From Eledone cirrhosa (Eukaryota): DNA of 64,000 nt. Positions within the stretch are counted from its first letter, which is position 1. Every line of letters begins with the position of its first letter. The notes beneath the pieces were generated by a model. That model was given only the letters and a program-made list of their open reading frames with translations. It ran no database searches and was not told the DNA's origin. Of the stretch, positions 52,695 through 64,000 are shown in pieces. The DNA lies in the NCBI GenBank assembly GCA_964016885.1, contig OZ024755.1, forward strand, positions 35,712,001 to 35,776,000. Reading direction: 5' to 3'. The translations under genes and the position numbers were made by a program.

Positions 52695-52945
52695 GCAGGC
52701 AGGAACCACACCTTGTGATGGGTGAAAAGACAGACGCTTGCATGTTATGGACATGTATCCTGCCACAATAGCTTGTCTAAAGCCATACTTCAGATCACAG
52801 TCGAAAGAGGGTGAAGAAGAGGCAGAGAAAGAAAACCCTTGTCTGACATCAATGACTAGACTGGACACAACACCGAGACCCTTCTATGTATGATGGAGAA
52901 TAGAGACCAGTGGTGATGACTGACTGTGAAAGTATCTAGAGTGGC
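52695..52945 (+). mobile_element. Degenerate RTE LINE 3' end
   Basis: VKRQTLACYGHVSCHNSLSKAILQITVERG*RRGRERK; runs directly into the 41-bp array. Confidence 0.75.
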
Positions 52946-54250
52946 ACCCCAGTGACTGGCTGAGCCAGTAGTACATCTACAGTGGCACCTCTGTGGCTGG
53001 CTGTACCAGTGTCACTTCGAGTGTGACACCTCTATGGCTGGCTGTACCAGTGTCATATGAAGGGTGGCACCCCATTGACTGGCTGTACCAGTGTCATATG
53101 AAGGGTGGCAGCCCATTGACTGGCTGAACCAGTAGTACATCTACAGTGGCACCTCTGTGGCCGGCTGTACCAGTGTCACTTCGAGTGTGACACCTCTATG
53201 GCCAGCTGTACCAGTGTCATATGAAGGGTGGCACCTCTATGGCTGGCTGTACCAGTGTCATATGAAGGGTGGCAGCCCATTGACTGGCTGAACCAGTAGT
53301 ACATCTACAGTGGCACCTCTGTGGCCGGCTGTACCAGTGTCACTTCGAGTGTGACACCTCTGTGGCCGGCTGTACCAGTGTCACATTGAGTGTGGCACCT
53401 CTATGGCTGGCTGTACCAGTGTCATATGAAGGGTGGCACCCCATTGACTGGCTGAACCAGTAGTACATCTACAGTGGCACCTCTGTGGCCGGCTGTACCA
53501 GTGTCACTTCGAGTGTGACACCTCTATGGCTGGCTGTACCAGTGTCACATCGAGTGTGACACCTCTATGGCTGGCTGTACCAGTGTCATATGAAGGGTGG
53601 CACCCCATTGACTGGCTGAACCAGTAGTACATCTACAGTGGCACCTCTGTGGCCGGCTGTACCAGTGTCATATGAAGGGTGGCACCTCTATGGCTGGCTG
53701 TACCAGTGTCATATGAAGGGTGGGACCCCAGTGACTGGCTGAACCAGTAGTACATCTACAGTGGCACCTCTGTGGCCGGCTCACATCTAGGGTGGCACCC
53801 CAGTGACTGGCTGCACCAGTGTCACATCAAGGGTGGCACCCCAGTGACTGGCTGCACCAGTGTCACATCAAGGGTGGCACCCCAGTGACTGGCTGCACCA
53901 GTGTCACATCAAGGGTGGCACCCCAGTGACTGGCTGCACCAGTGTCACATCAAGGGTGGCACCCCAGTGACTGGCTGCACCAGTGTCACATCAAGGGTGG
54001 CACCCCAGTGACTGGCTGCACCAGTGTCACATCAAGGGTGGCACCCCAGTGACTGGCTGCACCAGTGTCACATCAAGGGTGGCACCCCAGTGACTGGCTG
54101 CACCAGTGTCACATCTAGGGTGGCACCCCTGTGACTGGCTGCACCAGTGTCACATCAATGGTGGCACCCCAGTGACTGGCTGCACCAGTGTCACATCAAG
54201 GGTGGCACCCCAGTGACTGGCTGCACCAATGTCACATCAAGGGTGGCACC
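52940..54250. repeat. 41-bp GC-rich minisatellite (~32 copies), two domains
   Basis: Unit gggtggcaccccagtgactggctgcaccagtgtcacatcaa; mixed variants to ~53780, homogeneous after. Confidence 0.93.
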
Positions 54251-54467
54251 GCAGCCTGGTGCACAGATGATGATGATGGTGATGGTGGTGGCGATGGTGA
54301 TGACAATAGAGATTGTGATGATGGTGGCTGTGGTGATGATGATGATGACAACGATGCTGAAGGTAATGCTGACGATGGTGATGATGATAACTAATTCTTT
54401 CTCTAGTTGTCATCTTTATTTCACAATTATCTCATTATTTGTAAATCAGTTTTATAAACCTCAATAT

Positions 54468-54805
54468 ATCATCATCATCATCATCATTCTACGTCTGCTG
54501 TTTCCCTGCCTGCAAGGGTGGGACGGGAACTGATTCTGGCTTGATTTCTACAGCTGGATGCCCTTCCTAACACCAACCTCATTTACAGTGAGTGCTGGGT
54601 GCTTTTTTGCCGTGGCACCTCCACGACCACTTTGCAGTGGAATGATAGGGACCCCAGTCCCTATCATCTCATTTCTACAGCTGAGTAAACTGGAGCAATG
54701 TGAAATAAAGTGTCTTGCTCAAGGAAACAACACATCACCTGGTCTGAGAATTGAACTCACAACCTTTCGATTGCAAGGCCAATGCTCTAACCACTAAGCC
54801 ATGTA
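54468..54805 (-). mobile_element. SINE family B, full length
   Basis: Reverse complement of 490-840. Confidence 0.88.
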
Positions 54806-54899
54806 GCCTACATCATATTTTTTAGCTTCAGCTGGAGGTTTTATTTTAAAATGATCCATCAATCAACTGTGAAACTTTCATTCCCTTATTTAAGAACTT

Positions 54900-55530
54900 C
54901 TTTTTTTAACATAATAAATATATTTCTTTATTTACCATAAAGGCATAAAAAGAAGGGACAAATACAAAGGGGGAGTTTACATAAAATCGAGTAAAAAGGG
55001 TATAAAATGAAAATAATCGAAAACAACCTCAAAAGGGAGGGGATGTAATGGGGGTTGCACACACCCCCAAAAAAGTGTGCAATCCTTTGCCCGGGGAGCA
55101 CATGGAGAAGGTGCTCCCCTCTCCTTCACTTCTTTACCTACAGGATGGTATACAGAGAAGGCCCATTTACACGAGCCATTCTCACCACTATTACCCACCT
55201 TTCATAAAACTGCCTGTGGCCAAGCACCTCTCTCTCCATTCTTATCCTTCTTCCGAAGTGATATCGGAAGAAGTAGACCAGACTATGGCCAGAGAGGAAG
55301 TTGCCTGACCTCAGACCTTTCAATCGTGTCCACCAAACAACCTCTTTCAACATGGCTATTATGCACAGAAAAACTGCCTTTGCTTCCTTTGTGAAGAGGG
55401 GAGGGGGCTTCATTGTCATCACGGACTCGGCGGTCAATCGAATCGGCTTTAACATAATAAATATATTGCTTACTATTAATGAATGGAAAAACCTTATATT
55501 TCAAATATTTACATAAGTATTGACATTCCT
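54900..55530 (-). mobile_element. Tx1/L1-like LINE 3' end
   Basis: ORF 55138-55455 (IIAMLKEVVWWTRLK...RIRMER...FYERW) resembles a Tx1 ORF2 C-terminus; followed by AATAAA and A-rich tail near 54930-54900. Confidence 0.6.
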
Positions 55531-55569
55531 TGTATACTTGTTTTCATGGCTCTAAGCACAATATCAATA

Positions 55570-55809
55570 TCTATATATCTAAAACAGAGAATGTCTGCCT
55601 GTCTGTCTGACTCCCTAAAACTCGAGAACCACCCAACCGATTGTTTTCAAACTTTACACATGTAATACTTATGGTCCTGTGAGATATTTTTGCATACAAC
55701 AAAATATAAACAAACGTATTTATTTCACGTGGCTCGATAAGGATAAATATATATCAAATATATAAGATCCCCAGAGCAATTCCCGAGCAACACCGGGCCA
55801 TTCTGCTAG
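55570..55809 (+). mobile_element. Non-autonomous Helitron
   Basis: A|TCtatatatctaaaa 5' end, (ctgt)n, subterminal hairpin cccgagcaacaccggg and 3' CTAG|T; no TSD. Confidence 0.85.
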
Positions 55810-56452
55810 TTCACATTAAAAAAGTAACTTTCTATCTTAACACTCCCATATTTGGCCAGAATTCTATCACCTTTTTCTGTTCAAACTGGCTGTAACTGGC
55901 CACTCATGGCTCATCATCATCATCATCATTTAACGTCTATCTTCCACGCTAGTATGGGTTAGACGGGAATTGTCCCACTTGAGGCAAGTGTGACTGTGTC
56001 TCATTTGTGTAGGACTGTATCTGGTAGGTTTTCTACGGCTGGATGTCCTTCCTAACATCAACCACATTTACAGTGTGGACTGGGAGCCTTTTTACCGTGT
56101 CTCCTACATGGCCACATTACAGCATGGACTGTGTGCTTTTTTGTCGTAACACTACACAACCTCTTTCGTTTGGACTGGGTCAAAGTATTTTTCTCAAAAT
56201 AAATAATTGTTTCTACTTTAGGCACAAGGCCAGCAATTACCCAGTGCATTACTGGTACTTTATTTTATTGACCCCATAAGGATGAGAGGCAAAGTCAACC
56301 TCGGCGGGATTTGAACTCAGATTGTAAAGGGACGTAACTATGCTGGAAAGCATGGCGTCCGACCCTCTACCGATACTGCCAATCCACCACCCTTTACGTA
56401 AGGTGCTTATTTCTCAAAATAAATAATATCAAAATCTCACTATTATGTGAGA

Positions 56453-56768
56453 TAAAGTCTTTACCGCGAAAATAAAATAGTAAATATAGAATAATGTAAA
56501 TGTGAGGTAAAGTCTTTACCGCGAAAATACAATAGTAAATATAGAGTAATGTAAATGTGAGGTAAAGTCTTTACCGCGAAAATACAATTGTAAATATAGA
56601 GTAATGTAAATGTGAGGTAAAGTATTTACCGTGAAAATACAATAGTAAATATAGAGTAATGTAAATGTGAGGTAAAGTATTTACCGTGAAAATACAATAG
56701 TAATTATAGAGTAATGTAAAGTATTTACCGTGAAAATACAATAGTAAATATAGAGTAATGTAAATGTT
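56453..56768. repeat. 55-bp tandem repeat at the end of a piggyBac-like MITE
   Basis: taaagtctttaccgcgaaaatacaatagtaaatatagagtaatgtaaatgtgagg x5-6. Confidence 0.88.
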
Positions 56769-56969
56769 AACGGGTTAATGAAAGACTGGCATAAAAGAAA
56801 CACTAAATGCTGTAAGAAATAAATTGAAGAATGTTTCTTTTATACAGATTTAAAAATCACAAATTGATTATGTTGATTCTGGGGTGGATCTGAAGGGTGA
56901 AGTTTTGAAATAATGACCTTACGTAAATGGCAATAATTTTAAAATTTATTTTCTTAATTTTTGTTTTTG

Positions 56970-57180
56970 TGACAGATGCGCTGGAGGAGTAAACACTAAG
57001 AGCACATGTGAAATAAATATATTTAGTTGCAAGGAAGGATCTTTAGAAGTTGTTGATAGCTTTTATTTCCTAGGTGACCTAATCAGTAGTGAGGGGGTTG
57101 TTATGAAAGGATGATAGCCAAAATAAGAACTGGTTGGAAAAAATTTAAGGAGATTGTACCTCTACTCAACAAAGGGCATC
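56970..57180 (+). mobile_element. Degenerate RTE LINE fragment
   Basis: CDRCAG...CKEGSLEVVDSFYFLGDLISS...IRTGWKKFKEIVPLL, homologous to the 8381 ORF just after the PHD finger. Confidence 0.75.
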
Positions 57181-57479
57181 TATATTGTCTTTCAACATAC
57201 TAGAAATAGCAGCTGAAAATGATAAAAGTTTGAATGGGAGTAGGAGATGAAATATATATTTATACAGGGACCAAAAGTCACAACACATTGGAAAAATAAT
57301 TACATTTTTAAGTTTCCATAATTATTAAATTGTTTCTTATAAAAAGATAATTATTTTTCCTAAGTATCCCAACTTTTCATCCACCCTGTATATATATTTG
57401 CAGAATCATAAATCTCGCTGTTCACAATGTAGAATACCAAAATAATTGCTGTTGTAATAAGAATCCTTCCTCCACACCT

Positions 57480-57830
57480 GCTATCAAGAACATGTCCAGG
57501 GTTCTCCTCTCTTTAGGGAGGTGCATCCTTGTGAGGTGGAGAGAATATTTGCTGATCTTCTTAACCCAATCACAACAGTGTCTTCAGATGTATGCAAGGG
57601 GCATATGGGAGTGATGACAAATCTCTCAGAGGCTGAGGTTACAAGAGCAGTTAAAGAGCTCAAATGTGGCAAAACCACTGGGGAAGATGAAATCTAACCC
57701 GAGATGTCAAAAGCCTCAAATAAAGAAGGCATTCTCTAGCTGACTTGTGTGTGCTGGGTGGCCTGGATCTCTGGAAAGGCACCTAAGCAATGGCAATCGG
57801 GAGTGATAATCCCAATTTAAAGGGGGGAAA
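57480..57830 (+). mobile_element. RTE LINE RT N-terminal fragment (pseudogenised)
   Basis: LSEAEVTRAVKELKCGKTTGEDEI*PEM...AWISGKAPKQWQSGVIIPI. Confidence 0.8.
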
Positions 57831-58034
57831 AAAAATGCCATGGTGAAGCTTTTTCCAAAGCCCTACTGATCTCAAGAATTAACATGCAGACTGAAATTTT
57901 TTTTATGTTTTGAATTGGAGAGAATACTTAATACCGAACAAAAGACTATACTAGTTTCATTTCTTCTGTTGATCTATATAATACTGTATAATAATTCTAC
58001 TATAAAGGATATATCTTTTTAATATGGTATAGAA

Positions 58035-58770
58035 CAGAGGTTCTCAAAGTGGGTGCTACGCCCCCCAGGAAGGGGGGGGGTCGTTGAGAAGGTCCACAGG
58101 GCACTGGGGCCTAAGGGAGCGGTAGAGATTATATAATAGTATATTAAATATCAAATCATACATATTATATATAAATATAGTAAAATAAAAAATATATAAT
58201 ATTTATTTATATATAGTATATATTCATCATCATCATTTTACGTCCGCTTTTCCCTGCTTGCAAGGGTGGGATGGGAACTGATTCTGGCTTGATTTCTACA
58301 GCTGGATGCCCTTCCTAACACCAACCTCATTTACAGTGAGTGCTGGGTGCTTTTTTTGCCGTGGCACCTCCACGACCACTTTGCAGTGGAATGATATGGA
58401 CTAGGGTCTCATTTCTACAGCTGAGTAAACTGGAGCAATGTGAAATAAAGTGTCTTGCTCAAGGAAACAACACATTACCCGGTCTGAGAATTGAACTCAC
58501 AACCTTTCGATTGCAAGGCCAATGCTATAACCACTATTATATGCCTATTATATTATATTATTTATTATAAAGTACCAGTAATGTACTGGGTTATTGCTGG
58601 CCTTGTGCCTAAAGTAGAAACAATTATTTATTATATATAAATTGATGATTTTATTTATTATATATTATTTACAATTTGCGTGTCAGCAAGTCTGTCTGGA
58701 AATATGTTGGCGGGTTTTATGTTGCCATGAAGAGAGGGTGGAACAAGCCCAATAAGTTTGAGAACCTCTG
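58035..58770. mobile_element. hAT (Charlie-like) MITE
   Basis: TIRs cagaggttctcaaa / tttgagaacctctg; 8-bp TSD gtatagaa/gtttagaa (1 mismatch). Confidence 0.85.
58224..58537 (-). mobile_element. SINE family B nested in hAT MITE
   Basis: Reverse complement of 490-840, inside the TIRs at 58035/58770. Confidence 0.85.
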
Positions 58771-59917
58771 GTTTAGAAAAAACATCTGAGTTCTATAATA
58801 GTGTTGCTGTTAAAAAAAAATGTCCAACATATATCAATACAGACAATCATCTAAGTGGGACCAATATATTTCTCCTTGACTGCTAGTTATTCAAATTAAT
58901 AGATTTCTATGACATTATCATGATTGATATTATTCATTATCAACATGAAATTCAACAGAATAATTATTCAATTGAAAAAACCATTCACTTTCTCTCTGCC
59001 AATTCTTAAGGTATGTCAATTATGGTATAAACTTTTCAATGACATTTATACCAGCTATTATAAAATTACTGATCATTCATATTAATTTTCTTGAGAAAGA
59101 TTATTTACTTTTATGTTATGGCTGCTTTAACCCTTTTCTGAGCACATTTCAAAAGAAATGTGGTCGCCATATGTTTCAATTAATATTTGAAATTGAGAAT
59201 TTGGAGGAGTTTAGTAACATAAATAGCTTCTCTATTATTAAACAGGTGTTTGGAACATAACTTAAAGAAAGGCTATTTATTACACAATCATCATCATCAT
59301 TTAATGTCTATCTTCCACGCTAGCATGGGTTAGAGGGGAATTGTCCCACTTGATATAAGATTGATCAGGTGACTGTGTCTCGCTCGTATAGGACTGCATC
59401 TGGCAGGTTTTCTACAGCTGGATGCCCTTCCTAACACCAACCACATTTACAGTGTGGACTGGGTGCCTTTTTACCATGTCTCCTACAGAACCACTTTACA
59501 GTGTGGACTAGGAGCCTTTTTACTGTGTCTCCTACACAACACTTTACAACGTGGACTGGGTGCTTTTTTGTCATGACACCTACACAACCTCTTTAGTTTG
59601 GACTGGATGTTCTGTGGTACCAACATAACTTTACAGAGAAAGGGTGGTGTTAGTGAAGATTTATATTTAAATATGGACATTTTAAAATAGATTCATATGA
59701 GAGTCAGCTGAAAAGTCCATAGGCTGACTAAGATACTCTCATGGAATGACCACATAAGGTTTACTTTTCAACATAGTCCCAGGAAAGAACCAATGCAGTG
59801 ATAGCCAATACAACAACTCCAGAATTGCTATTCGTGTTATTCCAGCAAAGACATCTTAAGTCTTATAAAGTCTTATAAAGTGGTTAATGCTAGATAATGA
59901 TCTACATTTTGTAGATA

Positions 59918-60305
59918 ATACAAGGGTCAGCTGAATAGTTCATAGGCTGACCATGATACTCTCATGGAATGACCACATAACTTTATTTTCAACAATGCAG
60001 TTATTAATAAGAAGTTGAAATTAATTGTGTCTACTTTTGGCACAAGGCCAGCAATTACCCCAGTGTATTACTGGTACTTTATTTTATCGGCCCCGTAAGG
60101 ATGAAAGGCAAAGTTAACCTCGGTGGGATTTGAACTCAGACCATAAAGGGTCATAACTCTATGCTGTTAAGCATGGCGTCCGACCCTCTACCAATACTGC
60201 CAATCCGCCACCCTATAAGAAGTTAAAATTAATGCGTGCAAAATTTCACAGATCTAGCATCACTCCTTCATAGCCGGCTAAAGAACTTTTCTGCCGACCC
60301 TTCTA
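59918..60305. mobile_element. mariner-like MITE with nested SINE
   Basis: TA-flanked imperfect TIRs tacaagggtcagctgaatagttcataggc / ggctaaagaacttttctgccgacccttcta; a second left-end copy at about 59696-59780. Confidence 0.6.
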
Positions 60306-60649
60306 CAATAGAATCAGAGGTTGTTGTACGTGTGTTCATTGCAAAAGTGTTAAGCAATTCATTATCAACTACTTCGTTTATCATGGCATTCATTTTACCA
60401 CAAGGTTAAAACCAGTATAAAATAGACTGTGGTCAATTAAATTTTAATCTTAATATTTAATTAGTCTTAGTTTCAGTTAGTTCTTCCATTGAAAATGTTA
60501 TTAATATAAAACTTTGATAAGAATGTGCCACTTTCATTTTGTCAAACTGTAGCTCATAGATTGTTTGGTAGCTGTAGAAGAATTACTTTTGTTGACATTC
60601 TGCAGCAGACAGCTTGTCACTGGGGATATTTTTTGGTGCATGAGTTGTT

Positions 60650-63425
60650 GTTTGACACAAACACATACACCCAACTTAAACAGCAATGCATAAAATGTTT
60701 GACACAATCACATACACCCAACTTAAACAATACATAAAATGTTTGACACAATCACATACACCCAACTTAAACAGCAATGCATAAAATGTTTGACATAATC
60801 ACATACACCCAACTTAAACAACAATGCATAAAATGTTTGACACAATCACATACACCCAACTTAAACAACAATGCATAAAATGTTTGACACAATCACATAC
60901 ACCCAACTTAAACAACAATACATAAAATGTTTGACACAATCACATACACCCAACTTAAACAACAATGCATAAAATGTTTGACACAATCACATACACCCAA
61001 CTTAAACAGCAATGCATAAAATGTTTGACACAATCACATACACCCAACTTAAACAGCAATGCATAAAATGTTTGACACAATCACATACACCCAACTTAAA
61101 CAGCAATGCATAAAATGTTTGACACAATCACATACACCCAACTTAAACAACAATGCATAAAATGTTTGACACAATCACATACACCCAACTTAAACAACAA
61201 TGCATAAAATGTTTGACACAATCACATACACCCAACTTAAACAGCAATGCATAAAATGTTTGACACAATCACATACACCCAACTTAAACAACAATGCATA
61301 AAATGTTTGACACAATCACATACACCCAACTTAAACAACAATGCATAAAATGTTTGACACAATCACATACACCCAACTTAAACAACAATGCATAAAATGT
61401 TTGACACAATCACATACACCCAACTTAAACAACAATGCATAAAATGTTTGACACAATCACATACACCCAACTTAAACAACAATACATAAAATGTTTGACA
61501 CAATCACATACACCCAACTTAAACAACAATGCATAAAATGTTTGACACAATCACGTACACCCAACTTAAACAACAATACATGAAATGTTTGACACAATCA
61601 CATACACCCAACTTAAACAACAATACATAAAATGTTTGACACAATCACATACAGCCAACTTAAACAACAATACATAAAATGTTTGACACAATCACATACA
61701 CCCAACTTAAACAGCAATACATAAAATGTTTGACACAATCACATACACCCAACTTAAACAACAATGCATAAAATGTTTGACACAATCACATACACCCAAC
61801 TTAAACAACAATACATAAAATGTTTGACACAATCACATACACCCAACTTAAACAGCAATGCATAAAATGTTTGACACAATCACATACACCCAACTTAAAC
61901 AACAATGCATAAAATGTTTGACACAATCACATACACCCAACTTAAACAACAATACATAAAATGTTTGACACAATCACATACACCCAACTTAAACAACAAT
62001 ACATAAAATGTTTGACACAATCACATACACCCAACTTAAACAACAATACATAAAATGTTTGACACAATCACATACACCCAACTTAAACAACAATACATAA
62101 AATGTTTGACACAATCACATACACCCAACTTAAACAACAATGCATAAAATGTTTGACACAATCACATACACCCAACTTAAACAACAATGCATAAAATGTT
62201 TGACACAATGGCATACACCCAACTTAAACAACAATACATATAATGTTTGACACAATCACATACACCCAACTTAAACAACAATACATAAAATGTTTGACAC
62301 AATCACATACACCCAACTTAAACAACAATACATAAAATGTTTGACACAATCACATACACCCAACTTAAACAACAATACATAAAATGTTTGACACAATCAC
62401 ATACACCCAACTTAAACAACAATACATAAAATGTTTGACACAATCACATACACCCAACTTAAACAACAATACATAAAATGTTTGACACAATCACATACAC
62501 CCAACTTAAACAACAATGCATAAAATGTTTGACACAATCACATACACCCAACTTAAACAACAATGCATAAAATGTTTGACACAATGGCATACACCCAACT
62601 TAAACAACAATACATATAATGTTTGACACAATCACATACACCCAACTTAAACAACAATACATAAAATGTTTGACACAATCACATACACCCAACTTAAACA
62701 ACAATACATAAAATGTTTGACACAATCACATACACCCAACTTAAACAACAATGCATAAAATGTTTGACACAATCACATACACCCAACTTAAACAACAATG
62801 CATAAAATGTTTGACACAATGGCATACACCCAACTTAAACAACAATGCATAAAATGTTTGACACAATCACATACACCCAACTTAAACAACAATACATAAA
62901 ATGTTTGACACAATCACATACACCCAACTTAAACAACAATGCATAAAATGTTTGACACAATGGCATACACCCAACTTAAACAACAATGCATAAAATGTTT
63001 GACACAATCACATACACCCAACTTAAACAACAATGCATAAAATGTTTGACACAATGGCATACACCCAACTTAAACAACAATGCATAAAATGTTTGACACA
63101 ATCACATACACCCAACTTAAACAACAATGCATAAAATGTTTGACACAATGGCATACACCCAACTTAAACAACAATGCATAAAATGTTTGACACAATCACA
63201 TACACCCAACTTAAACAACAATACATAAAATGTTTGACACAATCACATACACCCAACTTAAACAACAATGCATAAAATGTTTGACACAATGGCATACACC
63301 CAACTTAAACAACAATGCATAAAATGTTTGACACAATCACATACACCCAACTTAAACAACAATACATAAAATGTTTGACACAATCACATACACCCAACTT
63401 AAACAACAATGCATAAAATGTTTAA
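60650..63425. repeat. 47-bp minisatellite (~59 copies)
   Basis: Unit aaatgtttgacacaatcacatacacccaacttaaacaacaatgcata, highly homogeneous. Confidence 0.97.
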
Positions 63426-63479
63426 CAGCAAAAAAAAAATGACACTAGAAACGGAAGCTTTAATTTAAGTAGCACCAGA

Positions 63480-63700
63480 GGAGACACAAGATTGACGAAT
63501 CAAGTGTGACAAAAAAGTATCCATGACTTGGCTCTCCGCAGGATTTCCTCGTTTCGCACTCAGACATGCCAGGACACACGAAGGATCCCTCGCAGGCACC
63601 ACTGGTGGAATGTGTTCAGCCGTCTCTCTATCTTTGCCATGCTCTTTGCACACATAGAGCACTGTCTCATAAAGAACATTTGCCACCAGGTGATCCTGTC
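63480..63700 (-). mobile_element. RTE LINE fragment
   Basis: Minus strand KIERRLNTFHQWCLRGILRVSWHV*VRNEEILRRA. Confidence 0.75.
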
Positions 63701-63793
63701 AATGAACTTTCCAAAAAGACTATGCTGCAACGCATGGCACCTGACACTCTACTGATGCTGCCAATCCACCACCATAGATAGACAGATAGAAAT

Positions 63794-63838
<45 letters not shown>

Positions 63839-64000
63839 CAGATACATAAATCCATCTAGTCACTTTCTTCTCGTATGAACTGGACATAAAAATAGTTGGG
63901 AAATACACTGAATTTCCTAATTTAAAACCTATAAAAACTATGACCATCACAGTGACTATCAAAGCAAAGACCAATTCTAATGCTACAGCCAGCAGAAATA

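Noticed and set aside
60650-63425. CRISPR-like regular array
   Set aside because: No unique spacers; plain 47-bp tandem repeat in eukaryotic DNA. The same applies to the other arrays.

Overview
Eukaryotic, AT-rich, extremely microsatellite- and retroposon-dense DNA; the SINE/LINE repertoire and (TA)n/(CA)n/(GAT)n load suggest an octopus or other coleoid cephalopod (inference). The only host coding sequence I can support is one 114-bp minus-strand exon (8220-8333) of a Greatwall/MASTL-type kinase, so the rest is probably intronic. It contains 5'-truncated RTE LINEs whose reverse transcriptase carries an internal C4HC3 PHD finger, fragments of CR1, Tx1/L1 and CRE-like LINEs, two tRNA-derived SINE families, Helitrons, hAT/mariner/piggyBac-like MITEs and at least nine minisatellite arrays, several visibly born from retroposon 3' ends. 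The most striking pattern is a set of short, sequence-unrelated inserts in (TA)n tracts that carry type I hammerhead ribozyme cores, mostly with the same fold-back layout (inverted arm + hammerhead + ~45-90 nt tail with a GAGYRCT motif), as expected for Penelope-like element termini. Most ORFs in the supplied track are repeat artefacts. Repeat boundaries were read by eye and are approximate.
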